From: Eukaryota sp. TZLM1-RC
Taxonomy: Eukaryota > Protista > Metamonada: BaSk clade
Assembly (NCBI GenBank): GCA_040285825.1
Contig: JAUPSS010000004.1
Span: 2,460,550 to 2,524,549, forward strand
DNA length: 64,000 nt
Direction of reading: 5' to 3'
Part shown: piece by piece, positions 57,217 through 64,000 of the stretch
Layout: each line of letters opens with the position of its first letter
How positions within the stretch are numbered: the stretch's first letter is position 1
Notes under the pieces: model-generated
Told to the model about the DNA's origin: nothing
The model's input: the letters and a program-made list of their open reading frames with translations, nothing else
Databases searched by the model: none
Position numbers and translations under genes: made by a program

Positions 57217-59400
57217 ATGACCACAAACTTCGTCATTGCAGTGGTGGGCTTTGACATAAAGACCGGTGCTACTGTTGAAGCTTCGTTCCCTCAACCCTTA
57301 CCAATTTCATCTCAAACAGTTTCAGATATTGCTCTGCCTGATGGTCTTCATAATCTCACCAAGGAATACTCTTTTACGTTCCATAAGGACTGGCTAATCT
57401 GCTCTTCTGTACAATGTGTAAGAGACCCCTCTGTTGAAAGGGGAGCCAGAATCACTGCGATTGCTATCCTCTCATCATCCCACCCTTTCCCTGCCTTTCT
57501 ACTCTCTATTTCATCATACATTCTACACATTCTTCCCTCTGCAGCTGATGAGAGACTCTCTCTGCTTGAAAATGTATCCAGCCTTCTCTCTACTTCTTTC
57601 TCCAACTCATCCTCTTCTTTCTCTATAAACTCCCGCCTCTTCGTCCTCCCAGCTTCCACTGAATCCTTCTCCACTCCGATGGAGCTCCGTCAAGCCATAT
57701 TAGATCTTGGTCGCTCTAATCTTGCTTTAATTATCTCCACTATATTCGATCCGTCAGCAGTAGTTGATCGTAATATCTGTTTCCTATTTCCTTCTAGTGG
57801 TTATCTCTGTAGTATTATCTGGTGTTTGAAATGTTTATTTGGTGGTTTGGAATCTTGTACTTTTCTGCCTTTTCTTCCCCTTTCTTTATTTGATGACGTG
57901 ATAGAAGGTCATAATTCTTTGATTTTTGGGACTACCAATCAAATTGTGACGTTTCGAGAAGATGTTCAGTTGGTTTTCACCTTGGAAAATAATTCAATTG
58001 TTTTGAAACAAAAAAAGAAAAAGTTTAGATTTAAATATTCTAAAAAGTTATCTAGTTATTTAATTAATTCAGCTCTGGACGGACGGTGTGATTCGACAAT
58101 TATTTCATATTTTCACCAAAAATTCAAAATTTTGACAAGAACAAGAGCTCCAATCCACAATTCCCCAATAATTATTACTCAAAAGCAACCATTAAATTCA
58201 AATGGGAATAACAGGTTTTACGACGAATACTTGGATTATTTGGATAGTTTTGAAAATGCCTTGTTTTCAACAAACAATGTTGAGGTGGTGATTAGTGGAA
58301 AAAATTTAAATAATTTGTTAATAAATTGGGCATTACAGAAGGGAAATTGTAAAGGTCATATTTGTAGATTTTTGAGCTTATCACGTGACCAGTCTTTTGA
58401 TTTCCACTCACTTTTGACTCTTTTAAAGGATGTTGATTTTAATGAGTTGCCTATATCGACAATCTCAATCATTTTGAGTATTCTATCAAATATTCCTGCA
58501 AAGTCATTGCTGACGTTTGTATTTGACATTGGCTCAAATTTTTATGAATGTGTCATTTCTTTGACCAACGAAGACCAATCAAATCACTCGTTATTACGTA
58601 CTTTGGCATCTTTGTTTATGAACATTTTTATTGCAATTATTTCAATTTATTTAGAGAATCCTCAAAACTGCTTCATTTATGTTGATAAATTATCTCAACA
58701 TTCAAGATCTTTATTTGATTTAGGTATTTCTTTATTAAATTCAGAATTAAGTTGCCAGTCTGTTGCCTTGGATTTATTATTCATTTTGTCTTTAATTAAT
58801 AATTTAAAACCTGGGTTCGTCGAAATTTCTCAATTGAGTGCACAATTAGAGACGATTGAAAATGAGTTTGTGGCAAATTTTTCATATATGGCTATTTGTG
58901 ATCTGTTTTGCTTGTCAGAACTTTTGACAACATCTACAGTTGCTCTACCATCCAAAATTTCAGGACATATCAAGTCATTGTCAGTCAGGCCTTCTCTGAG
59001 CTCTATTCAAGAAATCAAAAATTTCCTCTTGACAAAGCAATATTCCTTAGCTTCGCTGACTTCTATATCAAAATGCCTTCTTCCAAACATATCACCAACT
59101 CTACCAAATACATTTCAATTTTCAATAGAATGTTTACTCTACTGTTGCTGTTTCAAATCTATTGCTACCGAAGTTATACCAGAAATTACTAAAACTATTT
59201 TAAATACTCTTACTCCTGTCAATTTTAGTTCACAGATTTCTAAAATTTTAATCAGATGGTTTGAGAGTGTTTTTTCTTTGCTTCAGTTTGGTAAAGTTGT
59301 AGTGCCAGATATAGCTGAAAATTGCATCCAATCCATAGCCCCCTTTTTGCATCATGAAAGCTTAGTGAATATTGCAATCAAATATGATTGGATTGGGTAA
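57217..59400 (+). CDS. DENN/AVL9-like domain protein (putative Rab GEF) with helical C-terminus
   Basis: uDENN-like start VVGFDIKTGATVEASFP..IALPDGLH, RDPSVERGA, and PFLPL..FGTTN. The ATG at 57217 is more plausible than the ORF-track GTG at 56974. Confidence 0.75.
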   Translation: MTTNFVIAVVGFDIKTGATVEASFPQPLPISSQTVSDIALPDGLHNLTKEYSFTFHKDWLICSSVQCVRDPSVERGARITAIAILSSSHPFPAFLLSISSYILHILPSAADERLSLLENVSSLLSTSFSNSSSSFSINSRLFVLPASTESFSTPMELRQAILDLGRSNLALIISTIFDPSAVVDRNICFLFPSSGYLCSIIWCLKCLFGGLESCTFLPFLPLSLFDDVIEGHNSLIFGTTNQIVTFREDVQLVFTLENNSIVLKQKKKKFRFKYSKKLSSYLINSALDGRCDSTIISYFHQKFKILTRTRAPIHNSPIIITQKQPLNSNGNNRFYDEYLDYLDSFENALFSTNNVEVVISGKNLNNLLINWALQKGNCKGHICRFLSLSRDQSFDFHSLLTLLKDVDFNELPISTISIILSILSNIPAKSLLTFVFDIGSNFYECVISLTNEDQSNHSLLRTLASLFMNIFIAIISIYLENPQNCFIYVDKLSQHSRSLFDLGISLLNSELSCQSVALDLLFILSLINNLKPGFVEISQLSAQLETIENEFVANFSYMAICDLFCLSELLTTSTVALPSKISGHIKSLSVRPSLSSIQEIKNFLLTKQYSLASLTSISKCLLPNISPTLPNTFQFSIECLLYCCCFKSIATEVIPEITKTILNTLTPVNFSSQISKILIRWFESVFSLLQFGKVVVPDIAENCIQSIAPFLHHESLVNIAIKYDWIG

Positions 59401-59845
59401 CTATTGATTGTATTGTGAATTTTGGTTTTTTATGGTACTCTTTTATCAGAATTATTTATGATTTAAGTTTTCTTTTATTTTTTAAAACATTTCAGCCTTT
59501 GTTTTTGAAATTCTGTGCTTGCTTCTCTGTTTCTTCTTATTATTTGCTTGTTTATTGTGTTTAGTTGTTGAAATTGTAATGCTAAACTCCTTGCTCAAAA
59601 TATTTGAAAACTGTAATACTTTATCAATAATTTGGGTTTACTGCTCAAATCTAATACACAATGATTTCTTTCCTTGTTTTTTTCTGTTTCACATTATGTC
59701 GATTCAACAGGTGAATATAGTGCGTGAAACTAGATGAGTACAATGAAACACTCTAAATCGCTTCCATTTTCCCCTGAATTTTCATTCATTTTCATAGCTT
59801 GTCGTAGCAAGAATAGAAAAAAATTGATGTTTTTGCATCACATCC

Positions 59846-59911
59846 CTATTGACGTTGAATCCCTATTGAAGTTGAATCACTATTGAAGTTGAATCACTAT
59901 TGAAGTTGAAT
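59846..59911 (+). repeat. Tandem 17-mer CTATTGAAGTTGAATCA, about 4 copies
   Basis: Read directly; about 200 bp upstream of the Fanzor-like gene. Confidence 0.85.
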
Positions 59912-60109
59912 ACGATAAATATAGTTTTAACTGCTAGAGACACAAGTTATTGGTGAAATTAGACCAGTATAACCGCAAAGAAGCCTGTAAACTCCCTTGA
60001 ACAACTTCACTTCTTAATTTTTGAATTGAATTAAATAAATATAGAAATATGTAAAACTGAATATTCTATATCTTCATATCCGAAATGCACCGAATAGTAT
60101 TGACTTGAA

Positions 60110-63100
60110 GTGTTTCCTTCGAATAACCGTATCAAGACAGAGAATGCAGAAAATAATAAGGGATCAACATCTTTAAAAATTGATTATACAATTCTGTTCT
60201 CCCAAAAACCTTATCAAAAACTCTTCCATAATTTCAATGAAATCATGAACGCAACTTGTCATTACCTCGTATTTCTGGCAAATTGTAAGAATCATTGTTG
60301 GTAAGAATTCGCTATATCTCAGATGATTTTTAGTAAACTAAAAACTGCAATTCCACAGGACTTGGAATAGTTTGTATATGGTGAAGGAGATTATAGATCA
60401 ACGACTACCTTTGAACAACAAAATTTTTTATAATTCAATTACATTTGTCCAATAGGAAATACACAACTAAAAAGTTGAACAAAACTCCAAGTTTTGTGGA
60501 CCATTTGAGATGTAGGCCTAAGTTTCTTCCACGAGTTCCAACGAATGGTTTCAGTCGACCTCCTGAGTACATGGCCCCAGTTCTGATTGCCAATTCTGAG
60601 AATAATTTGAAATTAAATTATGAACAACATGTCAATTGTTTCATTAGTGTCTATTTTGACAAATTAGATGTGGAAAAATATGTTGGCAGAAAGGCACAAA
60701 CTAGGTGAGTATGCAACGCCATTATCTACTATAATTTCAGTATATAGATTTAGACTTCGACAATTCAAAAACATGGTTTTAATTGATGATAGAGATTACT
60801 TGAGTTTTTTAAGACTTGCACCTTTTTTTACCAAAATTTTAATTTTATTCAAAACCTATAAATCAACATCTAAAAAATCCATCTCTAACAGAACAAAAAC
60901 ACTAGATGCAAATCTCTCATAGTGAGATCCAAGAGAAAGCAAAGCATCAGAAACCATCTTCAACATCCCCTTAAAAATAGAAAACACAATTCTATTGTGC
61001 CAAAACAATCTGTTGAAATTTCTGCCAGTTCTTCTCTTTACAATCATTTCAAAATCATCCAAAAAACGTAAAGCAGTTGGTGCAAGTGAACCAAAAAGGG
61101 AAAATACAAATGGATACAAATTGTATTTTGCATGCTGTAGACTGGCCAATTTGGACAATGGTTCATTGTATTTTTTGAATTTAAAATTTTCAGCATTTGA
61201 AAGGGGATTATGAATTTCAGAATTAACTAGCCTTTCATTTATGGCATTACAAGGATCAACAGACATTACATCCAATAAAATGAAACTTCCATCTAATCCA
61301 GGTAATATAACATCACCTCTATTATTCTTATGAAAATCATCTTCAGCATCAAACAGACTTGACAACAGAGGTTCCAAGAAGGATTCAATTCTATGAGATT
61401 TACACATACAATATAACTGGTCTCTTACAGCATAATGAACTTTGCTTCTCAAAGTAATAAAATGTTTACAATTTAACAAATGAGTAGTTGTAATTTCTCG
61501 AGAACATTTACAAATTAAATTATGAGGTAAATTTTCAGGCCAGATAAAGGAACGAAATCTCATATTTAGAGTCCAAGCAGAATCGCTTAAGAGAGTACCA
61601 TAAACTTGGGGAATTGTTGTTACGAAGGCAGAAGAAGTTCTGTCACACATATCTTGTAAAAGATTTGCAAAAGCGGGATTCTTTTTCTTGGCCAAGCCAA
61701 GTCTAACATCAAAATCCAAGCTTTCAAAAATCTTTGACAATTTTTGTTGAAGCTTTTTACAGCAAAACTGTAAATTAAAAAGAGATCGGTTTGGAATTTC
61801 TTGAATTGATTGAGGAAAACATTTGTTCCAAATTTGTGGCGGCAATTTTTCAAGTTCACAAGATAACTCATACAAATAAGGACTGCAATTGGGAACTAAC
61901 AGATGAGAATCATCAGGAAATCTACGAGAAAATTCATAAATAAAATTTTTGCCACCACCCAAGAATGCTGATTGACACAAAATTGAAGACTGAGTAAATC
62001 CAATACCACCCAAATTTGCTGAAGAAAATAAGTGACTTTTCAACATTCCTGGTTCTACATCCAATAAATCAGCAAAAAATTCTGTTCTCAATGAATTAAA
62101 TGAACGACAAAAATCTAATGCTATGGAAGGAGCACAATATCTCAAAATGTGGGTTATTCTCCCAGTGTAGCAAATTTTAAGCATGAAAAATTTAATATGC
62201 TTTTCTATATCTAAAGAAGAAATTGAATCAAGTTCAATTTTCATTTTTTCCAAAATAACTTGCAATTCATTCTGAATTTGAGGCACGTTTCCTAACCAAC
62301 AACCAAGGAACGTAAAAACATCACTACTATAATTAGTAAAAGGGACAATAGAATCGTTTATCACAAGATCTTGAGCAGAAGAGCCAATCAGAAGGCATTT
62401 GCTCGCATTAAGATAAAGCCCAATATTTTTATATGAATCGGCAATTTCTTGAGCAACCAATTCTAGTAAATCAAATGAACCAATCAAGGATATATCATCC
62501 ATATAAGCAACTATTTGTATAGAAGGGTATTTTTGCTTAATGATATTTAAAGTTTTGTGAATAGCTAAACAAAACAATAATGGGCCTAAAGGAGCACCTT
62601 GCTTCACACCAGAAGATGATTTAAGACCAAATGAATTATAAATTAAATCTGATTCTTTCCCATAAAAATGATAGAAAAAACTCGATAGCTCAGGAAAATC
62701 AGATTTAATTACTTCAAAAATTGCTTCTCGCTTTACAGAATTAAAAGCATTTTTAAAGTCAAGATTAAAAATATAATTATTTTCATATTTTAAGACTTGC
62801 ACCTGCAAATATTTTATACCTTCCTGATGATGAGCTTTTAAATTAGTGTCAACATCATGATATTAGAAACAATGATTGTGACGAAATCTTTTATGGTCTA
62901 CTAACGCCATTTACTCGTCAAACTAAGAATTTAGTCACGGATGACAGTCTATATGATAATCTATTTCCAATTGATGTATATTTTCTTGCAGTTGCTGTTG
63001 GGAAAAATCCTCAGATATTCTTAAAACCAGCAATTACGATTGCTCAATTTATTGCCAATAGAGAAGAAAAACCTTATCACGTTGCCCCTGTATCCACCAA

Positions 63101-63158
63101 CATAGGTCCAGGATATTTTCCAATTATCACAACAACATTCTGGACAATTATTAGACAA
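60110..63158 (+). pseudogene. Fanzor1-like gene, N-terminal/REC half, frameshifted and split by a retrotransposon (segments 60110-60823 and 62805-63158)
   Basis: EYMAPVLIANSENNLKLNYEQHVNCFISVYF. After rejoining at the TSD: LRLAP-ANILY...VAVGKNPQIFLKPAITIAQFIANREEKPYHVAPVSTNIGPGYFPIITTTFW. Both resemble conserved Fanzor1 blocks as I recall them. Confidence 0.65.
60824..62787 (-). mobile_element. 5'-truncated RLE non-LTR retrotransposon (family A) with 17-bp TSD TTTTAAGACTTGCACCT
   Basis: Open frame LDFKNAFN, GVKQGAPLGP, AYMDD, CCHC and RLE; A tail; TSD at 60807-60823 and 62788-62804. The MQVQVLK start of the ORF-track protein is flank/TSD sequence. Confidence 0.93.
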
Positions 63159-63860
63159 TCATCTTTTGAACTGTAAACATTTCATTACATTTAGAAAAAA
63201 AGTGCATAATAATGTCAGGGACCAAATTTATGTAATGTGCAAATCATATCGAGTAGATTCCTTTTTAGAACCGCTGTTATCAAAATTAATTCTTGATGAT
63301 CCCAATATTGATAGTACGCGTTACAACAGAGCTTTTATGGGTCTGACAAGAGGTGATCTAGTTGTTCCCGGCTTATATGGTAGTTTTACTATTTTAGACG
63401 CCACGTCCATTGACCCTTGTACTTCTTCTAATGAACATTTCATTGACTCGGGTGTAAATAATCCTCTTTTTGCAGGCGAAAAATATAAAATTGCTAAATA
63501 TGCGAAACCCATTTCCTCGATTAATGAAAATTCTCATGCACAATGTAATTTATGTACCTTTGTTTCATCTTTGCTTGGATCTTTGGGTAAGGCTGCTATG
63601 GCTTTTCTTGAGGATTTGGTGTAGTTGTAAAGGAAAGAACTGGAAGAATTTTCAATCATGTTTACTGACAAAACAGGATTTGTTATTTTTAAGGGAATGG
63701 TGAAACTGATTTCTGATTCACTTTCTTCTTTTGGGAAATTTTCCGAATCTTTGGCAATTAATTGCTTTGATGTAGGGGAAACAGGTTTTGAGGATGTGGA
63801 GTTTAAATTGTGTAGTTTATGTTTTCATATTTGTTGTTGAATAAAATTTCAAATGAAAAA
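63159..63860 (+). mobile_element. RLE retrotransposon 3' fragment (family B)
   Basis: Highly similar to 16799-17460 (LILDDPNIDSTRYNRA, GFEDVEF). Confidence 0.88.
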
Positions 63861-63884
63861 TAATTAGACAAACATTTTTTGTCA

Positions 63885-64000
63885 ATTTTATTAAAAACCT
63901 ATAAATCAACATCTAAATAATCCATCTCTCCCAAAACCAAAACACTAGATGCAACTCTCTCATAGTGAGATCCAAGAGAAAACAAAGCATCAGAAACCAT
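63885..64000 (-). mobile_element. 3' end of another family A RLE retrotransposon (continues beyond the window)
   Basis: MVSDALFSLGSHYERVASSVLVLGEMDYLDVDL*, as at 16330-16432. Confidence 0.85.

Noticed and set aside
59846-59911. CRISPR-like array
   Set aside because: Units are contiguous with no unique spacers, there are no cas genes, and the context is eukaryotic.
62788-62808. Start of the 650-aa RT ORF (MQVQVLK)
   Set aside because: Derived from the TSD and flank; the element is 5'-truncated and not autonomous.
1-64000. tRNA, rRNA or snRNA genes
   Set aside because: None recognised by eye; tRNAscan-SE or Infernal would be needed to exclude them.

Overview
AT-rich eukaryotic DNA from a compact, protist-like genome. 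Evidence: 34-36 nt GT-AG introns, TTAGGG repeats, and host genes for a proteasome subunit, RRP9 and a DENN protein. About nine host genes are recognisable: a C2HC zinc-finger protein, SPRY-RING E3, RRP9-like WD40, a doubled threonine/serine dehydratase, pseudouridine-5'-phosphate glycosidase, ABCF/GCN20, FHA-RING, RPT3 and a DENN-like protein. They sit among dense, nested mobile DNA: at least 6 families of RLE-type (CRE/R2-like) non-LTR retrotransposons, two Ty3/gypsy LTR elements, two MULEs, a hAT and a pogo fragment. Best leads: (1) decayed Fanzor1-like (TnpB-derived, RNA-guided nuclease) gene pieces that the ORF track misses or breaks up: an N-terminal/REC half at 60110-63158 split by a retrotransposon with a 17-bp TSD, and a Zn-finger/RuvC-III tail at 13864-14049; (2) three divergent copies of a two-gene DD34E (IS630/Tc1-like) element, each with a conserved convergent partner ORF of unknown function; (3) LTR elements with an RTAATTAY palindrome where a tRNA PBS should be, one carrying a roughly 560-codon unknown insert in pol; (4) a dehydratase fused to a PLP-lysine-less, EF-hand-like-containing copy of itself. 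All family assignments come from reading motifs by eye; no searches were run.
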